Shown here piece by piece: positions 36,641 through 51,100 of a DNA stretch of 64,000 nucleotides. Where the stretch lies: assembly GCF_030144855.1 (NCBI RefSeq), contig NC_082722.1, positions 19,034,001-19,098,000 on the forward strand, read 5' to 3'. Source of the DNA: Hypanus sabinus. Its lineage: Eukaryota. Within the stretch, counting starts at the first letter, position 1, and the number at the start of each line of letters is the position of its first letter. Below the pieces are notes generated by a model, which saw only the letters and a list, made by a program, of their open reading frames with translations, ran no database searches and was not told where the DNA came from. The translations under genes were made by a program, and so were the position numbers.

Positions 36641-38575
36641 AGTCACCATCTGAGAAGGTCAATGGAGGTTGGAACAAATTCCTCCAATTGAACAAAATGT
36701 TCAAGAAGACAGCAATGAAATATAAGCAAACTTACTTAAAGGAGCGAAGCAAAGAAGCTGAAGAAACCAAAAGAATTGGAAAACCAAGAGATCAATTCTA
36801 TAAGATTAGCAAAATCAAAGGAACATTTCATTCCAAATTAGTATAGTAAACGACAAATAAGAGAAGGACCTTACAGAAGCAGAAGACATCAAAAAGAGAC
36901 CATAAGATCATAACATATAGGAGCAGAAAAGGGCCGTTCGACCCACTGAATCTGCTCCGCCATTCAATCAGAAAGACATGACAGGAAGAATCGAACAGGA
37001 AAGATCCCGACAGCGAAAACGCCTGCAATGATCTCCTTGATCTAGAGCCAGACATTCTGGAAAGTGATATTGAAAGGGCGATAGAAAACATTGCAAATAA
37101 GAAGACTGCAGGATCTGACAGGATTCCGGTTGAATTAATTAAAACTTTAGAAGGTGATGCTGTGTAGAAGTGTTGTATGCAATTTTCCAGCAGATCTGGA
37201 AAACCTAATAACGGTCTTTAGACAGGAAAAGATCAGTTCGCATCCCAATTCCCAAAAACGGAAATGTAAAGTAATGTTCAAATTACCGGACAGTTTCACG
37301 AAATTTCACATGCAAGCAAGGTAATTCTAAAGATCATGCAAGCAAAACGGCATGATATGGAACGAAAACTGCCAGATGTACAAGCTGGTTTTCGAAGAGA
37401 CAGGGGCACCAGACACCAAATTACTAACCTACGCTGGACAATGGAGAAATCGAGGGAAATCCAGAAAAGTGTTTATCTATGTTTTATTGACTACCCTAAG
37501 GCCTTCGACAGAGTGTGCCAAAATAAACTAAGGGAAATCTTTGATAAATCGGGATATCTGGACATCTGATCTGCCTTATGATTAACTTGTCCGAAGATCA
37601 AGAAGCAATAGTTAAGACTGAATATGGAACAAAACTAAACACTGTTTCAAGATTGGGGAGAGTACGACAAGGCTGCATACTGTCACCCGTACCTATTTAA
37701 TTTGTGGCATATGCTGAACACATCATCAGGAATGCTGATCGAGAGGACTCAAATGTTGGATTCAAAATTGCCGGACTAAATATTAACAAACTCAGATATG
37801 TAGATGATGCCCCTCCAATGGCTGAAAGTTATCTGGACCTGAGGAAGCTTCTAATCAAAGTGAAAGAAGATAGTGCGTTCGCTCAATATGAAGAAAGCCA
37901 AAATTGTGTTGATCAGCCTTACTAATTCCGTGCTAATAAATGGAACACAATTGGAAGCAGTGACGAATTTTGTTTTCCTCCTTTCAAACGTTTCCATAGA
38001 TGGTAACTGCAGCCATGAAATTAAACAGTGCTTACTTCTCAGAGGTCAGCAATAGCACTACATCGACTCAGTAACGAAAAATTTAGATATAATACTGAAG
38101 AGCAGAGATGTAACATTGTCTACTAAGTCAAGTCTATGGTATTTCCAGTTGTGATGAATGGCTGTGAGAGCTGGACTATTATTAAGGCTGAATACGAAAG
38201 AATCAACGACTTTGATTTGACTGCTGGAGGAAAGTGTCAGAGTTCGTCGGACAGCAGGAAGATCCAACACGACAATAGTAGATTAAATACAGCTACACTG
38301 CGCATTAGGAGACTTGATTATGAGACAAAAGTTCAAATATTTTGGCCACATCATGAGAAGCCTTGATTCCTTGGAGAAGACTGTCATGTTAGGTAAAACG
38401 AAGGTCAGAGAAGGAGAGGGCGACAGAGGCTACAATGGATAAATAATATTACTCAGGCAATGCATATGACGTTGGGGGATCTCAGAGAGACAATTTTCAA
38501 CAAGAAGACTTTGGTATGCAGGAGTCCACGAGGTCACGGAGAATCTGACTCGACTTAACGACTGAACAACAATGA
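36640..38575 (+). mobile_element. BovB-like RTE LINE, 3' piece
   Basis: KIKGTFHSK, PDVQAGFRRDRGTRHQI, CFIDYPKAFDRV and VFPVVMNGCESWT motifs. The 3' end reads CGACTTAACGACTGAACAACAA. Confidence 0.85.
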
Positions 38576-38579
38576 GCTT

Positions 38580-39320
38580 GACAGCAGTAGTGGGAATGTT
38601 ACTGGAAGCTATCTTAAGGGACTGGATATAGAAGTATTTGGATAGACATGGACTGATTAGGAAGCGTCAGCATGACTTTGTGTACGATAGTTCATATTGA
38701 ACCAACCTTATAGAGTTTTCCGAGCCAGGAAAGCAATTGTAAAGAAGACAGTGCATGTTGCCTACATCGTCGTTAGTAAGTCATTTGACAGGGCCGACAT
38801 GGGAGGTTGCTCAGCAAGGTTCAGTCGCTTGGTATTCACTAAGAGGTAGTAAACTGGATTAGCCATAGACTTTCTGGGAGAAACCAAAACATGTCATTGT
38901 ATGGTTGCCTCTCTGATCTGAGGACTAGTGGCATGCCCATGTGTCGGGTCTATTCCTGTCTGTCATCTATATTACCGATCTGGATGATAATGTGGATAAC
39001 TAGATCAGCAGATCTGGAGATTACATCAACATTATCGGTGTAATGGACAGCCAGGAAGGTTTTCCTAGCTGCAGAGTGATCTGGATCAGCAGGAAAAAAT
39101 AGGTTGAAAATGGTAGTTGGAATTTAATGTAAACTACGAGATGTAATGTAAAGTACGAGATGCTGCATTTCGGTGGGACCAACCAGGGTAGGATTCACAC
39201 GGTGAATGGCAGGGCACCGAGGAGTATGACAGAACAAAAGGATCTGGGAATACAGCCACATAATTTGCTGTAAGTGGCGGCACCGGTAGATAAGGCCGTA
39301 GCGAAAGCTTTTGGAAAAAA
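38580..39320 (+). mobile_element. Highly degenerate CR1 fragment
   Basis: Remnants of QH.FV, SKSFDRA, VIYITDLD and HFG.TN.GR. Confidence 0.55.
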
Positions 39321-39559
39321 CTCTTCCAGCTTCTACCATCCGAGAAATGGTACTGCAGCATAAAATCTAAGACCAACAGGGTCCAGGACAGCTTCTTCCA
39401 CCAAGTCATCAAACTGCTTAACTGATGCCGACACAACTGTATTTTAATGTTATATTGACTATCCTGTTGTACACACAATTTATTATAAGTTACTATAATT
39501 TGCGCATTGTACCTTTAGACTGAGATGAGCATGTATTTAAATATTCAATACAGTACAAT

Positions 39560-40190
39560 TCAATTCAGTTGAACCTTCATCAATGTTGCATCGCCAAAGA
39601 ATTTAATCAGGTTCGTAGGGAGTGACCTGCCCTTGACAAAGTCGTGTTGACTATCCCTAATCAGACTATGTCTCTCCAAGTGCTCACAAATACCGCCTTT
39701 CAGTGTCTTCTCCAACAGTTGGACCACCCCCGAAGTCAGATTCACTGTATAATTTCCTAATATCTCTGCGCCCTTTCTCGTAGACTAAAATGACATTTGC
39801 AACCTTCCAATCGTCCGGTATTTCTACCGGCCCTATGATTTCTACCTTTCAAAAGCTGCAGCACATACTCTTCCTTCATGTCCATACACTCAAGCGTTTG
39901 AGTCCGCTGTAACTCATCCCCACAATTGCCAAGATCCTTTTCACTGGTGACTTTTGAAGGAAAGTATTGATTAAGCGCCTCCGCTGCTTCCTCCGTTTCC
40001 ATGCTCACGTTTCCTCTCTCACTCCTGATCGGACTCTCATGGCTCAACCTCCTGCTCTTCACTTGCTTGTAAAATGACTTGGAACCTTCCTTCATGCTGG
40101 TCGTCAAGGCCTTCTCATGGTACCTTCTGGCTCTCCTAATTTCATTCTTGAGCTCTTTCCTTGCAACCGTGTAATTTTCTAGATGGTGCA
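39560..40190 (-). mobile_element. CR1 ORF2 fragment
   Basis: ARKELKNEIRRARR, NQYFPS and IRDSQHDFVKGRS motifs. Confidence 0.8.
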
Positions 40191-40596
40191 AATCATATCA
40201 GAATTCATTGATTACATGAAATAATATCCGCTTCGGTTCACTGAGAACTAGATAGTCATCTGATGGATGTGTTCCAGATTAAAACGAGTTAGAAAATACA
40301 TTTAAGAATTAGTTAAAAGTCCTGCCCTTTCACTTAAACGGTATATTTTCCCCCTGCGGGCTCGCAGAAATACGTAACAAAATAGCTTTAAAAAATCAAT
40401 TCGCATAAAATGCAGGAATGCCGGGAACCAGACGTGCCTCACTGGCAGGAACCGAACAAAAGTTCTTATACATTAAAGACGGTGAAGTCAGAAGGACTTG
40501 CTTTTAAATGGACACACGAATATGCAGTGAGCTTTGGGATCCAGAGCATATTCAGCTCGCAAAGATTCAGTTTAATTTGCATCGTGTTTGCGACAG

Positions 40597-40649
40597 GTAG
40601 CTTTGCCGAAGATCCTATTCCTGTGCTGTACTCATCCATCTTATATTAA
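40597..40649 (+). other. Candidate orphan terminal exon with ITIM VLYSSI
   Basis: GACAG|GT, phase 1: GSFAEDPIPVLYSSILY*. No upstream gene found, and the flank may be LINE-derived. Confidence 0.2.
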
Positions 40650-42169
40650 AAGCAGTGTTAATGGGGTAAGGAACAGGTCAAGAACTGGCATGATGAGACA
40701 ATGTCAAGAGTTGTCCTTTAACCAAAATATTTTCACTATGCATTTAAATACGAATGAAAGGGGAAGCGGGGTCATGCCTCCATATGTTTATCGCATATCA
40801 ATTTAGGTCGTTAATGGAAAAGTGGGTAATTAATGGAGAACAGCATTCCGGATGTTTGTGAGCCGAAATTAAGCAGAAAACATATGGAAATCCTGGCCGG
40901 TTAGGAACTTTCCCAAAGAGGGGAAAATACGAAACATTGCTGTTCATGGTGAAGTGAAATACTATCAACTTGAAGTGTTAACACGATTTCTCTCAGCCGA
41001 TGGAACCGAACATCCTGAGAGATTCCTATCACTTCTGCCAATGGTACCAGACGTAGCATTAATTTTGAAATCGGACTAAGTTTAACACAGCTCCCCGTTA
41101 TCTCACCAAACGAATAACGAAAATATAGTTGAAACGTTTATACTAACACCAGAGTATATATCATATATCATTTGTTATATGCTTTTGTGATATCACTCTG
41201 GAGGAACATTGTCTCATTTTTAACTGCATTACATTTGTGGTTTCTAAATGACAATAAACTGAATCTGAGTCTGAATTTGAGAGGCTGGATAAACTTGGGA
41301 AGTTTCCTTTGGGGCGTTGGAGACTGAGGGGAGATCTGAGAGAGGTTTATAAGAATATAAGAGGCATAGATAGTGTATAGACAGTATCGGTTGCCCAAGT
41401 TTGAAAAGTGAAATGAATTTTTACTCAGAGAGTCGTGGATGCCTGGAATGCCCTGCCTGGTATGGTGCAAGCGGCAAGTACAATAGAGGCTCTTAATAAA
41501 CCTTTGAATAGGCACCTGATAACAGGACGATGGGGGAATATGGATATGACTTAGGTGGGAACTCCCTGAGTGGTCTCAGTTGAAATGGCAGTATCTTTCT
41601 CGGGTTACCCGGAACCTGTCCGCCTATTCAGCGTTATGCCATTAGCGGCTCGCTTCCTGACATGCCCTGCCGATCGTCAGTTATCGGCCGTATACACCGT
41701 TCCGTAGGATCGGAAGTGGAAGGGGTTAGATTTTTTTTAAAAAAAATCTACAGCCAGATTTTCGTTTCAGACGCACCTGACATGGAGAACAGACGCTGAC
41801 CAGAGCATCGCCCAATTTGGGTACAGATGTGTCTGGATGTTTTTCAGGACCGGGAGTGGGAAGTGGGCACGGCTGATGTTGCACCGGTGGATGTCTTTTC
41901 CCTGAAACCCAAGCCCAGCTCCTCACCTGTTCTCCAAGTCTATCCGACTGAACTACTCACCGTCCAAGGGGCTTTCCAAACTTAGTCTCCTGCTGCCGGA
42001 GCAGGCGTTTGATAGATAATAATAACAATGATAATAGTTGGAAACAGATAGATTCCTTGTGGCAATGAAGTAGGTGTTTAATAGAAAAGAAATGTCAACA
42101 ATAGTAACACACTGATGACGATAAAAGTAGAAAATGCACAAGAAACCAGAAATATCGAAAACATTACAT

Positions 42170-42730
42170 AATCTTGCAGAAATATCCAACATGTTACATA
42201 ATCTTGCATAATCAATCTGATTACTTTCACAAGAACAAACAAATTACAAACATTATTTCACAAAATCTTGATTTAAAATACAAAATCATAAAAAGCACTA
42301 TAACTTACTATAAGTACAAGCCTAATCCAGTTTTAGAGTCAGAATTCCACAAATTATATTAGCACCAATATATTATTACAGACAGGACAATTCATAATAA
42401 CTGCCCGGAATAAATACAGAAGATCAACTTACTGAATAGATATTGCCATTCGGGACGCAGAGACAACAGACAGAATCCAATATCAGAAATAATGCTGAAT
42501 TAGGAGAAGAAATTAAAAGCCTATGGAATACAAGTAGGGTATACACTGCAGGATTCCCACAGCAGGTGTCATCCCAAAGTTACTATAAAATGGCATTAAA
42601 TAATCAGGCCGACATAGCAATATTTACGTAATTCTTCAGATTCTGTAATTCTCCAGAAAGCCTCAATGCTAACCACCACTAGAATAGTCAGAACGTTGAT
42701 AGCAGTTGAGATATGGGTGTGCTTAGTTAT
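42170..42730 (+). mobile_element. R4/Dong-like element 3' part, second copy
   Basis: Similar to 650-1200 (YKYKPNPVLESE, TDRTIHNN.P.., LLNRYCH/IDIAI, LWNTSRV). TAA repeats lie on both sides. Confidence 0.65.
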
Positions 42731-43019
42731 GCCAGTACCCTAAATATTACCAGTCTGAACTCGTAAAAAAAAATAACTATAATAATAATAAAAAACAATA
42801 AGTATCGAGAACATAAGATGAACAGTCCTTGAAAGTGAGTCCATGACTCGTGGGAACATTTAATTTTCTAACGAATATACCTGGGGATTGCAATGATGAT
42901 GTAACGTGACAATAGGGGACACCAACCTCGCCTTTACTAAGGATAGAGTGAACCTGTGGTTCCTCGAATGCCGGATGAAATGCGATAGCTTTGGGGTAAC
43001 TGCAATGTCTGTGAGTTCG

Positions 43020-43275
43020 CTTATCGCCAAGCTCACGCCTGCGCTCGGCAGCGGGTGCGCTTTTCTTGCTGGTTGGAGAGGGAGATCGTTCTAGCTGCCG
43101 CTTACGTGAGGGAGGGGGGATCAGGGGGCACTTTGGGGTTCTCACGTTCATCTTTCGTTCATTATTTGGGGAACTGCTTTGTTTTCGTGGATGTTTGTGA
43201 AGAAAAAAAAAAACATTTCAGGATGCAGATTGTATACATTTCTCTGACACTAAAGAGGACCTTTGAACCTTAAAG
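43020..43275 (+). mobile_element. LINE 3' end, same family as 7690-8350
   Basis: Shared 3' UTR ending in GGACCTTTGAACCT. Confidence 0.6.
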
Positions 43276-43759
43276 ACGGAGCTGTTTCCGAAGTGCGAGG
43301 TAGCAGTTCTACAGAAAAGGACTTGGTCTGATTCAACAGATGTCGATGCATCTGTCCACACGGTCATATGTACTGTTAGATGATATGAATCGATTTGGAT
43401 ACAGCCCAGCTTCCGGAAAGTTGATAATCTCCAAGGAAGACAAGAATGTTTATTTATTTGCGATTCGGAATGAATATTGTCTAAACTGTTCAGCTTTCTT
43501 TTTAGAACTGAAATGCTGGGCCCCTTTATACAATTGGAGGTGGGTACTCAATAATTATTTTTGTTTTGTTAACGTAGTAACCAATTGTTTCACATGGAGA
43601 AATCATTCGAAAATACGATCCGGAAAAATAAAGATAAATGTTTTACTTGATTTGAAACGTGAAAGCGCAAGCAGAGCGCAAAAAACGGAAACTGTTTTAC
43701 TTTCAAGTAATTCTAAATATCACTCCACAAAAATCCGCCCATACGCGAGGCGGCATGTT

Positions 43760-45340
43760 GTCAATGTTATGGGAAATAAGATATTTTCGCCATCGCCTGC
43801 ACAAGGGGTTCGTGGTCAACGAATGCCGTGAAATGACGACCCTCCAGAAGAAAAAGAAAATGGCAAACAGTCAGATAGAGACCGGGACACTCACGGTCAA
43901 ACGTGTTGTACTTCCTTTTGAGGCGACGGGACTGCCGGTTAAAGAAAGCGAGAGATTGCCACCCTCCTCCGACCAACTGGTCGCACATAGCGACCACAGC
44001 AGAGTCTGAAACGTCGGCAGTAATGGTGCGCTGCGGAGCGGGTGCGCCGTATGGGCGAATGGATGGGCGTGTTTGGTGTTGTCAGATGCCCAGCCGTGTC
44101 CACTGACCAGTTACGTACGTGATTAGGGGCGCTGCCATTGCAGGGAAAGCTTCAGTTCAGCAGCTCGCAGAATGAAGCGGTGATAGAGGTTCATCATATC
44201 GAAAACCAACTGTGTTCTGTAGTATTACAGGACGGTCGGAAACCATAACAGAGGGTACTTTCGATGGGAGGGGCTTCGCAACTCCTGCAGTGATGCGATA
44301 GCCGTGAAATGCCATGGTTGACAACCTAAACTGGTATTTATTACGTTCAATAGTCAACCCTATGAGGGCAACAATGCTCAAAGTGCGTGCGGAGATTAGA
44401 TCTACGTTCAGATTTGGATGCACTGGCAGATCATCCACGGAAACAAAAAGAAAGCCTGCGTTTACTAATACAGTGCCCAGCAACCACTGGTAAGTCTGTG
44501 CTGCATTTTTCAGCCCAAACGGCATACGCAGAAACTCTGAGGCCAGGATTTATGAACATTTAGGAAGGCATAATATGATTAGGAATAGTTAGCATGGCTT
44601 TGTGAAAGGCAGGTCGTGCCTTTCGAGCCAGATTGATTTTTTTGAAGATGTAACTAAGCACATTGATGAAGGCAGAGCCGTAGATGTAGTATATATGGAC
44701 TTCAGCAAGGCATTTGATAAGGTACCCCATGTAAGAGAAAGTAAGGAGGCATGGGATTCAAGGGGACATTACTTTGTGGATCCAGAACTGACTTTTCCAC
44801 AGAAGGCAAAGAGTGGCTATAGACGGGTCAAATTCTGCATGGAGGCCGGTGACCAGTGGTGTGCGTCAGGGATCTGTTCTAGGACCCCAACTCTTTGTGA
44901 TTTCTATACATGACCTGGATGAGCAAGTGAATGTTTCCTATGTTTCTATATTTTAAACGTGGTTAACACAGCCGTTTTGGGAATATCCTCAGAGCACACA
45001 AGCACCTGATGCTAGCCCCGAACTAAGGCAACTTCGGCAAAAAAAAATTACTTTCGGCTGAACGTGTCAAAAAGCCTTCAGTGTTTGGGACCGGATAACG
45101 ATCTGCGGTGGTCAACTCATTAAGGCGTCGATAATCGCCACATGGGTGGCAACCACCATCGGACGATGGGACCATATGGAGAGGCAAAGCCCAAAGGCTA
45201 TCCGACCGGCTTATAATGCCAACTCTTTCCATTTTGGCAAACTCACACATCGCGGTTGCCACACAGCTTTTCTGGTTCCAGCTACGCGTGCGGGCTTGGG
45301 CTGGAGGACGAGTTTTGGAAATGTGCTGCTTGATTCCATG
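43760..45340 (-). mobile_element. Ty3/Gypsy pol remnants (RT, RNase H), split by a CR1 fragment
   Basis: PLHMVP...PCGDYRRLN...DRYPVP, MPFGLKNAAQTYQ and LAFF...YNTFDRE...LEGRHFTAFVDHEPL. Confidence 0.85.
44545..44930 (+). mobile_element. CR1 RT fragment inside the Gypsy remnant
   Basis: KGRSCL, VDVVYMDFSKAFDKVPH. Confidence 0.88.
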
Positions 45341-45369
45341 TTTTGTGACTATTAGATACATAGAAAACT

Positions 45370-46350
45370 TACAGACCTTCGGCCTACAATGCTGTGCCGA
45401 TCATGTACTTACTTTAGAAATTATCCTGGGTTACCCTAAGCCTTCTATTTTTCTAAGCTCCATGTACCTATCCAGAACTCTCTTAAAATACTTCATGGTA
45501 TCGTCCTCCACCACAGTCGCCGGCAGCCTAATCCACACACACACATCTCTCCACCCTCTGCGTAAAACACTTACCGCTGACATCTCCTCTGTACTTAACT
45601 CCATGCACGTAAAACTGCGCCATCTCAAGCCATTTTAGCTCTGGGAAAAAAGCCTCTGACTACCCACACGATCAATGCCTCGCATCATCTTATACAACTC
45701 TGTCAGGTCACCTCTCATCCTCCGCCGCTCCAATGAGAAAGGGCTGAGTTCACTCAATCTATCCTCATAAGACATGCTCCCCAATCCAGGCAACATCCTT
45801 AAAATCTCCTCTTCACCCTTTCTATAGTTTCCACATCCTTCCTGCAGTGAGGTGACCAGAACTGAGAACAGTACTCCAAGTATAGTTTGACCAGGGTCCT
45901 ATACAACTGTAACATTACCTCTCGGATCGTAAACTCAATCCCATGGTTGATGACGGTTAATACCTTCTTATCAACACAGTCAACCTGCGTACCAGATTTG
46001 AATGTCCCATGGACTCGCATCCCATGATTCCTCTGATCCTCTACACTGCCAAGAGTTTTACCATTAATACTCTAATCTACCATCACATTTGACCTTCCAA
46101 AATGAATCACCTCATATTTATCTGTGTTGAATCCATCTGCTAATTTTCAGTCCAGTATTGTATCCTATCGATACTCCACTGTAACCGCTGATAGCCCTCC
46201 ACACTCTCCACAACACCCCCAACCTTTGTGTCATCAGAAAATTTATTAACCCATCCCTCCACTTCCACAACCTGGTCATTTATAAAAATCACAAAGAGTA
46301 AGGGTCCCAGAACAGATTCCTGAGGCACACCACTGGTCACGGAACTCGTT
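45370..46350 (-). mobile_element. CR1 3' fragments (two adjacent)
   Basis: [32 protein letters not shown] and CR1 3' UTRs. Confidence 0.8.
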
Positions 46351-46559
46351 AAAAGCACGTTAAAAGTTACTACCATACTTGTCAATCTTTTCTGCAGTAT
46401 CTCACACTTCACGGCATCTTTTCTATTGTTGGCAATCAAAATACGCAGCATACTTTCCAAAAAGGAATGCACATCACATTGTTTCACCAGCGATTTGTAC
46501 AGTTGAACATGACGTCCCAGATCCTGTACTCGTTGCCATAACTTGCACTCAACGTCAGT

Positions 46560-47335
46560 AAGACGAAGGAGATGCTTGTGAAGTTCAGGAAGGGTAAGAC
46601 GAAGGAATACACACAAATACTCACAGAGGGATCAGAAGCGGAGAGAATGATCTGTCTCAAGTCCTTGGGTATCAATCTGTCTGACCATCTAACCGGGACA
46701 CAATATATCGATGCAGCTCTAAAGAAGGCAAGGCCGCGACTCTACTTCATTACGTATTTGAAGAGATCTGCTATGTCAACAAATACACACCAGAACTTCT
46801 ATAAGAGTACTGTGGAGAGCATTCTGACAGACTGTGTCACTGTCTGGTATGGGGGGGGGGAGGTGTTAGTGGTGGGATATTGCGCGGGACCGAAGGAAGC
46901 TGCAGAGTGTCGTAAATTTAGTGGACTCCATCTTGGGTATAAGCCTACAAAGTACTCAGGACATTTTCAAGGAGCGGTGTTTCAGAAAGGCAGCGTCCAA
47001 TATGAAAGACCTCCAACTCCCAAGGCATGCCCTTTTCTCACTGTTACCATTAGGTAGGAGGTACAGAAACCTGAAGGCACACACTCAGCGATTCAGGAAC
47101 AGCTTCTTCCCCTCTGCGTTTGGATTCCGAAATGGACATTAAATCCGTGGATACAATCATATTTTAAATTTCTGTTTTCGCACGTTTTTAATCTATTTAA
47201 TATACATATATTCTAATAGATTTATTAATCTATTTATTTTATTTTTTTTTCGCTTTGTTCATTATGCATTCCATTGAACTGCCTAAGTTCACAGACATCA
47301 CGACACATGCCGGTGATATAAACCTGATTCGGATT
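46560..47335 (+). mobile_element. Rex-Babar LINE 3' fragment
   Basis: KKARPRLYFI, NFYKSTVESILTDCVTVWYG and RFRNSFFPSA motifs. Confidence 0.8.
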
Positions 47336-48115
47336 CCGAACTGTTGATTTAATTGTGCCAAACAACTTCGTTACCAGCCTGTCCACCTCTGTCGATCATT
47401 TTATAGATCAACGTGCCTGTATCTCTCAGCAACCATGTTCTAATTCAACGCCTAGGGCAATCTTTTGCGCAATTCCTGCCCCAGTTTAACTAACCAAAAT
47501 GCAACACTTTGCAAATGTCCAAGTAAAACTCTATCTGCAATAGTTTGGCCCACTTTCCCAGTTCCTCACCTTAGTTAATTTTCACTCTCTGGTGCATCAC
47601 TAATTCCACTGCATCCTGAAATTTATTAACAACTTAAACATACTATCAACTAAATAATTTAGAGATGTCAAACAATACTGGAACCAGGACCTACCTTTTC
47701 AGTACGTCACTAGTTGCAAGCCTTTACTCTTGTTATCAAATCTCCACTATCACCGTCAGATTCCTCTAGGAAACCATTTTGTGTTCTTGTGCTCAGTTGG
47801 CTGGCTTACTCTGGCTCTCGTGTCACCCAGCATTCTTTACTAGACTGTTGTACGGGATCGTGCAAAATTCAATTAAGATATAGTTTACTGTCCTGCCCTC
47901 AGCAATTCTTTTGCATAGCCTCTTCAAAACTTCTGAATTAAGTTTGCGAGAGACGATTCTCCTTGAGAATCCATGCTTACTGTCACTTTTATATTCTTCC
48001 CCTTTCCAAATTCTGATAGATTCTGTCCTTCATTCCAGTATCTTTCCCAGCACCGATATTTGGCTTGCCACCTGTAGTTGCGGACCTTTTTAAATGAAAG
48101 CCCATTAGTCACTTT
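47335..48115 (-). mobile_element. Degenerate CR1 fragment
   Basis: DSQGESSLANLI and related RT remnants. Confidence 0.55.
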
Positions 48116-48119
48116 TCAA

Positions 48120-51100
48120 TTCTTCGGTAGCAAATTCCTGCTCGACGAACTAAATAAAAGTGCAGAATGGCTAAGCGGAGCGGCCATTGTCGGGAGGAGG
48201 TCAGTGGCGAGAGCAGACGCGACAGGCTTGGCTCATTGAGGATTGGCTGAGGTCATTGGGTAGGTGGACTTCGTGTTTTGGTTTATCTTTGCAGTTTTTA
48301 TGTCATGGTCCATTCCGTGAAGGCTGCGTTCCGGTCTGTTCCATGGACTCCAGACTCTGGGACTTCTGGCTGTCCCTTGTCTCATTTGGGTTTAATCATA
48401 GACTCCTGATTCTCGTCTTGGGGCCTGGAATATAAGTGGCCCTGGGGTCGAGGGTGGTGGCTAGTTCGTTTTGTCAGATAGTGAGGAGCTACAGGTGTTA
48501 GTCACCCCCAGTTTGCATGAGTTAGATAAGATGGGGACCGTCAGGGAATCGAAGGGTCAAATAGCAGAGAGCACCCCTGTGGCCACCCCCTCAGCAATCG
48601 TTATCTCGTTTTGGAAGCGGTTGTGTGGGATGACCTGACAGAGACGACCACGGCGATTGGGTCTGTGGCACTGTGCCTGGTTCCGTGGTACCGAAGGGAA
48701 AGAGGAAGATGAGAAATGCAATAATCAAAGGGTATTCCATAGTGAAGGGAACAGACAGGAGGTTCTGTCAGCCTGATAGATGTACCTGCATAGTGGGTTG
48801 TCTCCCAGTTGCCAGGGTACGGGGTGTTTCGGATCGGGTGCAGAGTATTCTGAAGGGAGAGGGTGAGCAGCCAGATGTCCTGGTACACGTTGGTACGAAT
48901 GACAAAGGAAGAAAAAGGGAGGAAGCCCTGAAGAGAGAATTTAGGGAGTTAGGTAGGAAGCTGAAAAGTAGGACCTCTAGGGTACTAATCTCAGTTTTGC
49001 TGCCCGTACTACCACTAGCGAGTGCAAGAATAGTATGACCAGGCGTATTACTGTGTGTCTGAGAGACTGGTGCAGGGGGCAGGGCTTCACATTCCAGGAT
49101 CATTGGGGCCACCCCTGGGAGTATGACCTGTACAAAACAGGACGGATTACACCTGAACCCAAAAACGTCCAATATCCCAGCGGTCACATTTAATAGAGCT
49201 GCTGGGAGCATTTTAACTAATTTGCGAACCGGAGTGATAGGGTCGAGGAAGGGGAGAGCAGAAATAAATCAAGATAGAATGACAAAGAGGTAATAGAAAG
49301 AACAGGCAGGAGATGAGGCTTAATCGCAGTCGGTGGCATGAGTTACAGGGCAATACAGACGTGTTGTAGTTAAACCAGAAATAAACAAATACTGAACTGA
49401 AATTGTTATTTTTGATTGCACGCAACATAAAGAATAAAATGAACGATCTTGTAATTCAGCTCCAGATTGCCAAATATGACATTGTGACCATCGCTGAAAC
49501 TTGGCTAAACGATGGCTCCCATTGGGATCACAACGTCCTGGGTTACACAGTGTATCAGAAAGATAATTTAGTAGGCAGAGGGGGCGGTGTTTCTCTGTAT
49601 ATAAGAAATCATATGAAATCATCATAAAGTGATGTCATAGGATTGGAAGGTGTGGAGGCTCTGGTTTCAGTTAAGAAATGGCAAAGGTAAATGGACCCTA
49701 ATGGCAGTTGTATACAGCCCTCCAAACAGCAGCTGGGATGTTGATTTCAAATTACAGCAGAAGATAGAAAAGGCGTGTCAGAAAGGCAATGCCATGATAA
49801 TCGTTGGGAGTTTTAATGAGGAAGTGTATTGGAAAAGCCAGGTCAGTACTGGATCTCGAGAGAGAATTTGTAGAATGTTCAAGGGAGGGCTTTTTGGGAC
49901 AGCTTTCTGTTGAGCCCACTAGGGGATCGGTTGCGTTAGATTGGGTGTTGTGCAATGATCCGGAGGTGAAAAGAGAGCTTAATGTTAAGGAACCCGTAGG
50001 GAGCAGAGATCACATGATCGAGTTCACATTGAAATTTGAGATGGAAAAATTAAAATCCAACGTGTCACTATTTCAGTGGAATAAAGGAAATTACAATGGT
50101 ATGAGAGGGGAATTGGTCGAAACTTACTGGAAAGGGACATTTGCAGGAGGAGAACAGAGCTGCCATGGATGGAGTTTCTGCAAAAAGAAATAGCAAACTA
50201 AGAAGGTCAATAGAAAGGAAGAGGTTAATTATTAAAGGAAGCTAGTGACTAATATCAAAGAAGATACTAAAAGCTTTTGTAAGTATATAAAGGGTAAACG
50301 AGTGTCGAGAGTAGGTATAAGAAGAATACAAAATAACGCTGGAGACATTGTAATGAGAGATGCGAGATGGCAGAGGAACTGATTGCGTATTTTGCATCAG
50401 TCTTCACTGTGGAAGACGTCTGCAGAATACCGGACATTCAAGAGTGCCATGGACGTGAAGGTTATTCAGTACAAATTATGACTGAGAAGGTGCTCGGGAA
50501 ATTTAAAGGGCTGAGCGTGGATAAATCTTCTAGACCTGATAGAATACATTCTCAGTTTCTGAAGGACGTAGCTGGAGAGATTGCGAAGGCAGTAATAATA
50601 ATCTTTCAAGAATCGATAGATTCTGCCATTGTACCGGATAAATGGAAAATTGCAAATGTTACTCCGCTATTTAAAAGAGTGGGAGACAGCGGAAAGGAAA
50701 CTATAGACCTGTTAGCTTGATATTAGTGGTTGGGAAGTTGTTGGAATTGATTGTTAGGGAGAGAAAATGGAGCACCTGGAGCCACATGACAAGATCGGCC
50801 AAAGCCAGCATGGATTTCTGAAAGGAAAATCCTGCCTGAGAAGCCTACTGCAATTCTTTGAAGAAATTGGAATCAGCGTAGATGCACTAGACGTAGTGTA
50901 CTTTGATTTTCAGAAGTCCTTTGACAAGGTGACGCACATGAGGCTGCTTAGCAAGATAAGAACCCACGGAATTATAGGAAAGTTACTAGCATGGGTGGAT
51001 TTTTGGCTGGTCGTCAGAAAACAGAGAGTGGGCATAAAGGGATCCTATTCTGGCTGTCTGCCAGTTACCAGTGGAGTTCTACAGGGGTTCGTGTTGGGAC

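Noticed and set aside
43506-43539. 34-nt segment with a strong acceptor and donor
   Set aside because: Its phases do not fit the receptor layout and there are no recognisable partner exons.
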